DNA of 64,000 bases from Armatimonadota bacterium. GTDB taxonomy: Bacteria; Vulcanimicrobiota; JACPDS01; JBDRKI01. Under the pieces are notes generated by a model. That model was not told the origin of the DNA, did no database searches, and saw only the letters and a program-made list of their open reading frames with translations. The position numbers and the translations under genes are program-made. Shown here piece after piece: positions 50,693 through 59,315 of this stretch. The stretch lies in assembly GCA_043814095.1 (NCBI GenBank), contig JBDRKI010000075.1, positions 424 to 64,423 on the forward strand, in the 5' to 3' direction. Each line of letters opens with the position of its first letter. Within the stretch, counting starts at the first letter, position 1.

Positions 50693-51538
50693 TTGGAGAT
50701 TTTTATGAAAAAATTTGTTTTATTTATGATGTGCTCTTTGTTTGTCTTGGCTTTTTCTTTGCATGGCACGGGACACTGCAAGCTGTTAATGCCCGAAACG
50801 GAAAAAAACATATTGGGCGCGGCTTATTTTAAAGACGGCAAAGTAAACATAGCTATTGCAAATAACTCCGATGAAAAACAATATTTAAAAATATCTTACG
50901 GATATTACGAACTTAATCCGGTAAAAGTCCATACCAAAGATATCCTCGTAGGCTCAAAAGAGGTTATGCTTCTTGCTTTTAACAAAGCTTACGCGAAAAC
51001 AAAAACAGGACAGAAAAAAACATGCGACACCGTTTTTATATACAATGACTCCGGCGAACTGCTGAATCTTATTAACGTTCAGGGGTTGACCGCCGGAACG
51101 AACTACTTTAAATGCTACTCATATTTTATGAATGATTATAAAATGTGCAGGATACTGCTTAATTTAAACGCATTAAAAAATGAAAATTATATATATATCG
51201 TTGATAAAAATCCTTTATCTTCATCCGGTGAAGCCGATATAACCCTGCAGGCATCGGGATTTATGGGATTGAACCAGATAAACTCCCGGGATCTTTATAA
51301 TATTGATATAGATAAAGATTATATAGAACAGATCTGCAAAGAATCATCCGGAAGCTGTCTTTTCTACGGTGCCGGCTATATGTATTTAAGAATAACTACA
51401 GGAGAGCTGGAAAAAGCAGTTCTTGTATCCCCTAAAATAAAAAAATACCATTTCGGAACCCAGGGAGTAACTTCCGGGAATATATCCACGCCTCAGATAC
51501 TATTTTACCCGCAGAAATATAAAGTAAAAGAATTATAA
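50693..51538 (+). CDS. Hypothetical secreted protein
   Basis: Signal peptide. Embedded within the caspase-like cluster. No recognisable motif. Confidence 0.5.
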   Translation: MEIFMKKFVLFMMCSLFVLAFSLHGTGHCKLLMPETEKNILGAAYFKDGKVNIAIANNSDEKQYLKISYGYYELNPVKVHTKDILVGSKEVMLLAFNKAYAKTKTGQKKTCDTVFIYNDSGELLNLINVQGLTAGTNYFKCYSYFMNDYKMCRILLNLNALKNENYIYIVDKNPLSSSGEADITLQASGFMGLNQINSRDLYNIDIDKDYIEQICKESSGSCLFYGAGYMYLRITTGELEKAVLVSPKIKKYHFGTQGVTSGNISTPQILFYPQKYKVKEL

Positions 51539-51665
51539 CTTGATTTTTTAAATTTTATTATCTTACTTTTTTATTTTATTTATATGGAAATAAAACCTGT
51601 TTTGTGTTACAATGTTATATGATGTAATTAAGCCGCTCTTATAATAACCGATAAGAGGTTTTTTT

Positions 51666-53471
51666 ATGAGAAAAATAAGCCCTTATATATTTTTAATTAT
51701 ACCTTTTTTAATAATTGTATTATTCTCTTCTTTAAGCTGTTCCGGAGGAGGAGGGGGAGGCGTAACCTACGACACAAGCACCATATCTTTTGATCTCCCC
51801 ACCCCAATAGCCGCAGGAACTCCCGAACCGGCAAATAAAGGCGAATTAATATACATATCAAAAAATGACGGATCGGCATATGCGGTTCTTGCCGGTGTAA
51901 CCGATTACCCTGAAGGAGAAAATGATTTAAATTTCACCGCTAATGACGCGATAAATATGATGAACTCATTATCCGGGAACGATTTCTGGTCAACTTCAAC
52001 CGTAACACGGTACAGCGATGTACACGTCACAAAATCGATGATACAGAATGCAATACAAACAGCCCAGGCCGCTCTTAATAACGGCGGATTGTTTATATTT
52101 ATGTATTCCGGTCACGGCGCCGCATCCGGGAGCACGGGATACCTTGTCCCGTTTAACGGTGTTTACTCAGAATCAGAATGCATAAGTGAGGGCGAGATGC
52201 AGGGCTGGTTAAGCAATTTTGACGCGTCCATAAAAAAATGCATACTCTTAGACGCGTGCTTCAGCGGCAGTTTCATAAATAAAAGAACAGATTCTAAAAC
52301 TAAAAATATGGTACCCAAATTCATAAAGCTGGATCATTCCGATACTTATTACGAAAATGATAAATACGCAAAGTCCCTGCTCGGTATCCCGAACTGTTAT
52401 GTTATGACATCTTCTAGAGGAAGCGAAGTAAGTTATGAAGACTATAACGTACAGGGCGGCGTATTTGTGCATTATATCCACGAAGCACTCGGTGACGGCA
52501 ACAGGATGGGTCCTGCCGATTCAAACGGGGATATCATAATAACGGAAGAAGATCTGACCAATTACGTGCCCTCACAGGTACGCAACTATACAGAATGGGC
52601 GCAGAACCCGCAGGTTTACGATAACTATACAGGATCATTCACCGTTAAATCAGGAAGCAAGGGTACAATTATCACAATAGCCAAAGCCGATAGTTCGGCT
52701 TATGCTGTGCTTGTCGGGGTACGTGATTATGAGAACGGCAGAACCAATGACTTAAGCTTTACCGTAAACGATGCCGTTGATTTAAAAGATTCTCTCCTAA
52801 ACAGCACTTTCTGGAGCGGAGCGACAGTATCAATCCAGAATAATATCCAGGTTAACAAATCAATGATAGAAACTGCCGTTAATAACGCCAAAAATAATAT
52901 AGCAAACAGCGGCCTGTTTGTATTTATGTTTTCCGGACACGGCACCAATTCAAATGGATTAGGATATTTAATACCCTACGGGGGAACCGGAGGCGCGGCA
53001 AACTGTATCAGTGAAAATGATTTAAGAAGCTGGTTGAATAATTTTAATTCTTCCGTTAAAAAATATGTTCTTTTAGATTCATGTTACAGCGGATATTTCA
53101 TAGATAAAAGCTTAAGCACCGGTTTAATACCAAAAACCATAGCAATAGATAATAATTATAACTCATTTTACAGCAGTGAAAAATTCGCTAAAACTCTTGT
53201 TGGGCTTTCAAACTGCTGTGCCATGACATCCTCAAAGGGGAGCGAAGTAAGCTATGAAGACATCCCCCTGCAGAACGGCGTATTCGGATATTATGTGGCG
53301 CAAGCTTTAGGCACAGGCGCCACAATAGGTCCGGCTGACACTAACTCAAGCGGCAGTATAACAGCCCTGGAGATGGGAAATTATGTCTCCGTGTATGTAT
53401 CAAGCTATACATCGGGGGTGCAGAACCCTCAAACTTATGATAATTATTCAGGCGAGTTAAGGGTAAAGTAG
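51666..53471 (+). CDS. Tandem double caspase-like (C14) domain lipoprotein
   Basis: Signal plus Cys plus G7. Two complete His/Cys dyads (FMYSGHG…LLDACFSG; FMFSGHG…LLDSCYSG). Ends …YDNYSGELRVK. Confidence 0.7.
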   Translation: MRKISPYIFLIIPFLIIVLFSSLSCSGGGGGGVTYDTSTISFDLPTPIAAGTPEPANKGELIYISKNDGSAYAVLAGVTDYPEGENDLNFTANDAINMMNSLSGNDFWSTSTVTRYSDVHVTKSMIQNAIQTAQAALNNGGLFIFMYSGHGAASGSTGYLVPFNGVYSESECISEGEMQGWLSNFDASIKKCILLDACFSGSFINKRTDSKTKNMVPKFIKLDHSDTYYENDKYAKSLLGIPNCYVMTSSRGSEVSYEDYNVQGGVFVHYIHEALGDGNRMGPADSNGDIIITEEDLTNYVPSQVRNYTEWAQNPQVYDNYTGSFTVKSGSKGTIITIAKADSSAYAVLVGVRDYENGRTNDLSFTVNDAVDLKDSLLNSTFWSGATVSIQNNIQVNKSMIETAVNNAKNNIANSGLFVFMFSGHGTNSNGLGYLIPYGGTGGAANCISENDLRSWLNNFNSSVKKYVLLDSCYSGYFIDKSLSTGLIPKTIAIDNNYNSFYSSEKFAKTLVGLSNCCAMTSSKGSEVSYEDIPLQNGVFGYYVAQALGTGATIGPADTNSSGSITALEMGNYVSVYVSSYTSGVQNPQTYDNYSGELRVK

Positions 53472-53592
53472 CCAAAATCCTGTCAAGTACCTGATTAACC
53501 ATAAACCGCTTCATTTCAGAGGCGGTTTTTTTATTTCCTTATTTCAAGGCATTATTTTGTCGAACATATTTTTGTAGTTCTTTTGGAACATT

Positions 53593-53613
53593 CAAAAATA
53601 CTCCTTTTGGTCC
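53593..53613 (+). promoter_or_regulatory. Shared upstream motif copy (CAAAAATACTCCTTTTGGTCC), about 80 nt upstream of the 53693 gene
   Basis: 18/20 identity with the motif at 22862, 24907, 39700 and 49505. Confidence 0.4.
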
Positions 53614-53692
53614 CTCAAAATAGGTCTTTTGATGGATATTTTTATAATCTTCCCGGGCTTATAATATTAATAGGAAGCCGTAAAAAAAGGAG

Positions 53693-54751
53693 ATGATTGT
53701 TATGAACCTCTCCCAAAACATAAAAAAAACACTTAAAAGCTCAATTTTTTTAGGTTTAGCTGCGATCGCCGCCCTTATAATCACCGCTCTCGTAGGATGC
53801 GGTGGCGGCGGAGGAGGAACAGGCGGCGGCGGCGGAGTATCTGCCGGAAACCCGCCCGCCATACTTTTACCGGATTACACCCCTCCCCCTGCGCCTGATA
53901 CGCACAGCGATGACCCGCCCCCGCCCGAAGAAACTTCAACAAAAGCATTTGTCATACTCGTAGGCATGGCAGACTACCCCGGGACCATAAACGACCTGCG
54001 TTATACCGCTAAAGACGCTCAAGATGTTTACAACTGCCTGATATCTTCAAGCGTATGGGGCGAAGCCACATTCAAAGTCTTTTTAAATTCCAACGCGACA
54101 AAAAGCGCTATCGCAAACGCTTTTTCCGAAGCCAAAAACACTTTAGATGATGACGGTATATTCTTATTCTACTATTCCGGGCACGGTACTAATTCGGGCA
54201 CAACTGGCTATATAATTCCTTACGATGCTCTTACATGGGAAGGATTTATAAACCAGTCCAACCTCATAAGCGGTGATGATTTAAACTCTTACTTAAGCCA
54301 GCTTCCCGAAACCGTAAAGAAATATGTAGCATCTGATTCATGCCACAGCGGATACCTTATAGGCGCGAGATCCGAATTTGATACTGCTGAAAATAAAGTT
54401 AAATTTGTTCCCATGGCCGATTCCAATCCCGGCTACAGCGAAGAAGAATTCGCCAGATCCATTGTGGGAACTTCAAACTGCTATGTAATGACTTCCTCAA
54501 GCGGAACTGAATTAAGCTGGGAAACCAGCATACTGCAGGCGGGAGTATTCAGTTACTATCTCTGCCAGGGACTCGGCAACGGCAGCGCCCTGGGCGCAGG
54601 AGATATTAACTCCGACAGCACAATAACAGCTGAAGAATTATCCGTCTATGTTCCCCCGGCCGTAAGCAATTATATTTCAAGTCATATAGAAGGGTATACA
54701 CAGACTCCTCAAAGTTATGATAACTTTGAAGGCGAGTTAAGGGTAAAATAA
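53693..54751 (+). CDS. Caspase-like (C14) domain lipoprotein with Gly/Pro-rich tether
   Basis: Lipobox LVGC plus GGGGGGTGGGGG. Motifs YYSGHG / SDSCHSG. C-terminal YDNFEGELRVK. Confidence 0.7.
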   Translation: MIVMNLSQNIKKTLKSSIFLGLAAIAALIITALVGCGGGGGGTGGGGGVSAGNPPAILLPDYTPPPAPDTHSDDPPPPEETSTKAFVILVGMADYPGTINDLRYTAKDAQDVYNCLISSSVWGEATFKVFLNSNATKSAIANAFSEAKNTLDDDGIFLFYYSGHGTNSGTTGYIIPYDALTWEGFINQSNLISGDDLNSYLSQLPETVKKYVASDSCHSGYLIGARSEFDTAENKVKFVPMADSNPGYSEEEFARSIVGTSNCYVMTSSSGTELSWETSILQAGVFSYYLCQGLGNGSALGAGDINSDSTITAEELSVYVPPAVSNYISSHIEGYTQTPQSYDNFEGELRVK

Positions 54752-54949
54752 AAAAGTGCGGATTCCTTGGTCTTTGTTTTGGTGTTGCCGCGCAGCCCCG
54801 CAAGAGATGCGGGACTGTGTATTGAAGAGAAAAGTCAGAGATAACCTAATGAAACAGGGATGTGATCCACGACACATCCCTGTTTCATTATATTAAAGAC
54901 ATGATTATAAAGAAGGACACCTTTATATATAATAGAAATAATTTTAATT

Positions 54950-55714
54950 ATGGCAAAAATTAAAATAAAAAACAGAACAATTGATATTGACGCGGTAATC
55001 TTTGATAAAGACGGGACATTAATTGAAATATTTCCCATGCTTCACGCCGTATTAAAAGAAAGAATCAAAGAACTGCTTAAATTTATTCCAAAAAAAATAA
55101 TACCTGACTACAAAAAAGGCGTGGGCATAAACCTTAAAACAGGCACGATAAACCCCTACGGCCCGCTCGCGTGCGCCCCGCGCCATGAAGAGATAATTGT
55201 CTGCGCCCAGATACTCTTCCGGCACGGATACCCCTACCATGAAGCAAGAAATATCGCGAAAAAAGCATATGATAAAGCGGATTTCGGGATGGATCTTAAA
55301 AAGGGGCTTAAAATTATACCCGGAGCTGACAAACTTCTCAAAGAACTTAAAAAGAAGAAAATAAAGATATTTATTGTTACAAGCGATTCGGTATGCAGGA
55401 CAAACAAAATGTTAAAAATCCTGAATCTGTCAAAATACATTGATCATGTAGTTGGCTCCGATTCTGTCCAAAACTGCAAACCCGAGCCCGACGCGGTAAA
55501 TTTCATCTTGAAAAAATACAACTTAAAACCGGATAAGGTCGCCATGTGCGGGGATTCCGTTATAGATATGCAGATGGGTAAAAACGCAAAGGTAAGATAT
55601 AATATAGCGGTATTAACAGGTACCAGCACTAAAAAAGAACTGAAAAAATATACAGGTTTTGTGTTAAGCTCCGTAAAGGAATTAAAACTGCCGCTACCTA
55701 TCCATTATTCTTGA
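54950..55714 (+). CDS. HAD-superfamily hydrolase (phosphoglycolate phosphatase-like)
   Basis: Motif I (AVIFDKDGTL), motif III/IV (…GDSVIDMQMG…). 254 aa. Confidence 0.7.
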   Translation: MAKIKIKNRTIDIDAVIFDKDGTLIEIFPMLHAVLKERIKELLKFIPKKIIPDYKKGVGINLKTGTINPYGPLACAPRHEEIIVCAQILFRHGYPYHEARNIAKKAYDKADFGMDLKKGLKIIPGADKLLKELKKKKIKIFIVTSDSVCRTNKMLKILNLSKYIDHVVGSDSVQNCKPEPDAVNFILKKYNLKPDKVAMCGDSVIDMQMGKNAKVRYNIAVLTGTSTKKELKKYTGFVLSSVKELKLPLPIHYS

Positions 55715-56880
55715 CAAATCCTGTTTTTTGTATTAAAATTGGGAGTATGAATCCCAAAATTAAGTATATTAAGCGCGATTTAGAGCCAATATTAAAATCG
55801 CATCTCAACAAGGGTAAAATTATTGTTTTATACGGTGCCCGTCAGGTCGGTAAAACCACACTTTTGCTAAATCTTTTTCCCGAAAAAGAGGAAAAAACAA
55901 TTTATCTTTCCTGCGATCAGAGCCGCATCCAAGAACAACTAATACCCGATGCTTTACAGTTAAAGAAAATAATCGGTAATCATCAAAATATAATTTTTGA
56001 TGAAGCGCAGTATTTAAACAATCCGGGACTTATTTTAAAAGTTCTAATAGACAATTTTCCGGATAGAAATATAATTGCCTCGGGCTCATCTTCTTTTGAC
56101 CTGGCGCATAAAATAAGCGAACCGCTTACGGGAAGGCATTTTAAATTCATTCTTTTTCCTTTATCTGTGCGGGAGATATATAAAGAAATTCCGGCTACAG
56201 ACAGGAAATTTTACATGGAACAATCTTTTTTGTTCGGCACATATCCTGAGATTTTCATGCTTATCACCGCGCAAGAGAAAATAACGCATTTACAGACGCT
56301 TGTCGACGCCTATCTTTACAGGGACATCCTTGCTTTTAATCTCGTAAAAAATACTCAAAAAGTAAGAGAACTAATCCTGTCATTGGCTTTGCAAATAGGC
56401 AGTGAGGTTTCCTATTCAGAACTGGCAAATCATATAAGTGTTGACAGAAAAACTGTTGAGCATTATCTGGATCTTCTTGAGAAATCCTTCGTCATTTTCA
56501 GGTTATACGGTTTTAGCCGAAATTTGCGAAGCGAAATTAACAGAAAAATTAAAATATATTTCTATGACACGGGAGTGAGAAACGCTCTTATAAATAATTT
56601 TAATGAGATGGATTTACGCACCGACGGCGGCGCTATTTTTGAAAATTTTGTAGTTTCAGAAAAAATAAAACAAGAAACAAATGCTCCTCAAAAAACAAAT
56701 TTTTATTTCTGGCGCACTTATGACCAGAAAGAAGTTGACATTATTTCCGAGAAAAACGGGGTAATTATCGCCGGAGAAATTAAGCTTAAAAAAACAAAAA
56801 AAATGCCCGGACTTTCAGCTTTTAAAAGGCAATACCCGCAGGCAAAAACAGAATTAATAACAATGGATTCTTTGCTGTGA
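55711..56880 (+). CDS. AAA+ superfamily ATPase, COG1373 / DUF4143-type (paralog)
   Basis: Walker A YGARQVGKTTLL, Walker B IIFDEAQYL. 389 aa. Confidence 0.8.
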   Translation: MTNPVFCIKIGSMNPKIKYIKRDLEPILKSHLNKGKIIVLYGARQVGKTTLLLNLFPEKEEKTIYLSCDQSRIQEQLIPDALQLKKIIGNHQNIIFDEAQYLNNPGLILKVLIDNFPDRNIIASGSSSFDLAHKISEPLTGRHFKFILFPLSVREIYKEIPATDRKFYMEQSFLFGTYPEIFMLITAQEKITHLQTLVDAYLYRDILAFNLVKNTQKVRELILSLALQIGSEVSYSELANHISVDRKTVEHYLDLLEKSFVIFRLYGFSRNLRSEINRKIKIYFYDTGVRNALINNFNEMDLRTDGGAIFENFVVSEKIKQETNAPQKTNFYFWRTYDQKEVDIISEKNGVIIAGEIKLKKTKKMPGLSAFKRQYPQAKTELITMDSLL

Positions 56881-57030
56881 CATACTTACGGGGTTAAAAT
56901 CCCATGCGTTTTATGATGTGCGAGTTTCTTGATTCAACGACACCCAACTCGCAGATCGCTCCAAGCATATTTGGAACCTTCCGTTCTGTGAAGGGAACAG
57001 TTTATATGATTAACGGGATAGATTAATAAA

Positions 57031-57062
57031 AACCTTATTCGTTTCAACGAATAAGGTTTTAT
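57031..57062. terminator. Bidirectional terminator hairpin (AACCTTATTCG-TTTCAA-CGAATAAGGTT)
   Basis: Perfect 11-bp stem with a T-run on the plus strand and an A-run on the minus strand. Confidence 0.5.
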
Positions 57063-57120
57063 GCTATCAATATTCTTGACCGTAGGGGCGGGTCGCGACC
57101 TGCCCTACATGCTATTTCAT

Positions 57121-57595
57121 TTATTCATCCGTCAGGGTGAAGGTTATGACTCTTGAGCCGTCCGGCGAAAGACCGGCTTCGACAATAGCACTTAAATAAA
57201 TGGTATAATATGATTCTGCTGCATTTGTTTCAATGCTGGTTATTGCGCTTTGAGCGGTGGTATTTAAAGTTACTATGCCGGGGCAAGAACAGCCACTCGG
57301 TGCAGACAAATACACCTTAAGAGTTACTCCGCTTGGCATAGTTGAATTAATTGCCGCAGTTATTTTTTTTTGCTGTTCCGTTTGTGGTAAGATAGTAATC
57401 TTGCACGCCTGTGCTATCACCGGCCGGTCCCGTACCAGCCCCTCCATGATCAATTGTTAAGGTTACATCCGCGCCAAATGCAATCTCATTAATCGCATCT
57501 ATTTCATAATAGATTGTCTGGGTATCTGTTGATGCCGCAAATGCTACCGCTGTTAGAAATGCTATAGCTACAAGTGCTATAAGTAGTTTTTTCAC
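57121..57595 (-). pseudogene. Small secreted protein family copy 4, frameshifted within an A9 homopolymer
   Basis: Two overlapping minus-strand ORFs (57347-57595 and 57121-57453). They carry the family N-terminus (…STDTQTIYYEIDAINE…) and C-terminus (…SPDGSRVITFTLTDE) respectively. The junction is an A9 tract (plus-strand T9 at 57372-57380). With A8 the frame would read …TAKKITAAINSTMPSG…, as in the paralogs (KKITGSIN / KKLTASIN). Confidence 0.7.
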
Positions 57596-57686
57596 GGTAG
57601 TTAACCTCCTTTCTTGTTGTTTTATTTAATGGCTTTTTGCCATGAAATATCAGTTATAAAAAACCTTGTTTCCTCTTCCCACCTAT

Positions 57687-57701
57687 ATTATACCCCCCCC
57701 C
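57687..57701 (-). promoter_or_regulatory. TATAAT preceded by a G9 tract (minus strand): promoter of family copy 4
   Basis: Plus-strand ATTATA then C9 (57693-57701). The reverse complement gives G9-TATAAT-ATAGGTGGGAAGAGGAAACAAGG…, the same as the other copies. The region upstream of it has diverged. Confidence 0.4.
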
Positions 57702-57838
57702 GCGCATATACGGCTAAAGCCGGGGAGGCCAAAAAGGTAGCCTAAAGATGAAAATGTGACATTTCTAAATTGGCTTGACAGAACGCAGTATCAGTATTTA
57801 CAAATTATAAATTTTCCTTTATAATTACAACCTGGTGT

Positions 57839-57917
<79 letters not shown>

Positions 57918-57918
57918 T

Positions 57919-59292
57919 TTAAGTTTTTTTATACGTGTCAATCCTGAAGAACTGTTTAAGAAGCCCCATAAAAAACAGAAACGCTATCGTTTTATATGAC
58001 AGCTCCCCCGTAATAAGGCCTTTTATCGCTGTTGTGAAATATCTCTGATTCTTATTTTTCTTTTCCTCGTTTTTCAGTGTTTTTAGAAACAGCCTGCCGA
58101 AAAAAGGTTTGCCTTTTAAAAAGTTGTTTACGTGAAAAAGTATCATTCCTATGCGGTTGTCAAAAATCTGAGGCTTTAACTTTTTGTAATAATATTTATC
58201 AAATGATTTTTTCAAAGCCCCTTTATATATTATCGTCCATGCCGCGTAATATGCCTGTTTAACTGCGTGGTAATAGCCGTCCTTTAAAGTCCTCCCCATT
58301 CCGGTAAGATCCCCTATCGTTACCCAGCCCTGCCCGTAAAAATTATGGGCTTCTTTTGTAAACACATAGGTAGGGCATACTATCCCGCACTTTAACGAAG
58401 ATTTGACATCCTTAAGATATATATACTCCCTTACGGCGGGATGGTTAAAAAGCTTTGTAAGATCCGGGATCGTCAGGACTTTATTAAGGGAGCTTACTGT
58501 AAGCCAGTCCTCTCTTTTGGATACAAGACCGATGACGGTGTTGGGTATAATCTGGTCAACGATAAAGACCCTGTTATGCATGTGATTATACTCGGCAAGG
58601 GATAAATCTATCTCTGTCACGGAAGACGCCATAAGCTTTGGCGGGGCATAACCGAATTTTGCCTGAACCCTGTCAGCAAGCTTTGTTTTTATCTTCTGCA
58701 GGCCGCCGGTAAAAACAACGCAGTCTGTTTTTAATATACTGGGCATTCCTTTGTATGTATAGTAAACATTATATTTTCTTTCCTCCGGGATATGATCAAG
58801 GTCGGTAACCATGGCGGGCTCTACCATTTTAAAATTACCGCCGAGCTCTTCATAGCCGTCAAGGATCTCTTTTTTAATATAATCGTCAAAACCCTGTATC
58901 CCGAACTTATTCGTGCGCAGAACAGAGATAAGGGGGTTCTCAAGCGGGATAATATCACTTCCTTTTTCATTAATAAAGACGCAGTCCGTTATTTTAGATA
59001 AAACAACAGAATCAAGCAGGTTGTATCCGGCTATATACTCAAGCGACTCATAGGCGGCATTGGTCATAAGGCCCGCGCAGTAATTACAGGTTATATTGTT
59101 TATCACGGTAACCTTTATATCTATATTTTCTTTTTTCGCGAAATCAAATATTAATCTTGCGAATATAGTGCCGGCAACTCCCGCCCCTATAACCGTTATA
59201 TGCAGTTCTTTATAATAAGGCGGCGGGGATTCCTCAACCGGCTTAAAGCATTTTAAAGTTAAATTTTTCTCTATATAATCAAGAAGGCTCAA
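57919..59292 (-). CDS. FAD/NAD(P)-binding oxidoreductase family protein (function unknown)
   Basis: Rossmann dinucleotide motif VIGAGVAGT near the N-terminus. 457 aa. No closer family assignment from sequence alone. Confidence 0.5.
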   Translation of the reverse strand: MSLLDYIEKNLTLKCFKPVEESPPPYYKELHITVIGAGVAGTIFARLIFDFAKKENIDIKVTVINNITCNYCAGLMTNAAYESLEYIAGYNLLDSVVLSKITDCVFINEKGSDIIPLENPLISVLRTNKFGIQGFDDYIKKEILDGYEELGGNFKMVEPAMVTDLDHIPEERKYNVYYTYKGMPSILKTDCVVFTGGLQKIKTKLADRVQAKFGYAPPKLMASSVTEIDLSLAEYNHMHNRVFIVDQIIPNTVIGLVSKREDWLTVSSLNKVLTIPDLTKLFNHPAVREYIYLKDVKSSLKCGIVCPTYVFTKEAHNFYGQGWVTIGDLTGMGRTLKDGYYHAVKQAYYAAWTIIYKGALKKSFDKYYYKKLKPQIFDNRIGMILFHVNNFLKGKPFFGRLFLKTLKNEEKKNKNQRYFTTAIKGLITGELSYKTIAFLFFMGLLKQFFRIDTYKKT

Positions 59293-59315
59293 TTAATAAC
59301 TCCCTGCGTTCCGTA

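Noticed and set aside
22862-57701. Diversity-generating retroelement acting on the variable cores
   Set aside because: There is no reverse-transcriptase ORF in the window, and no template-repeat copy of the variable region with adenine-specific mismatches.
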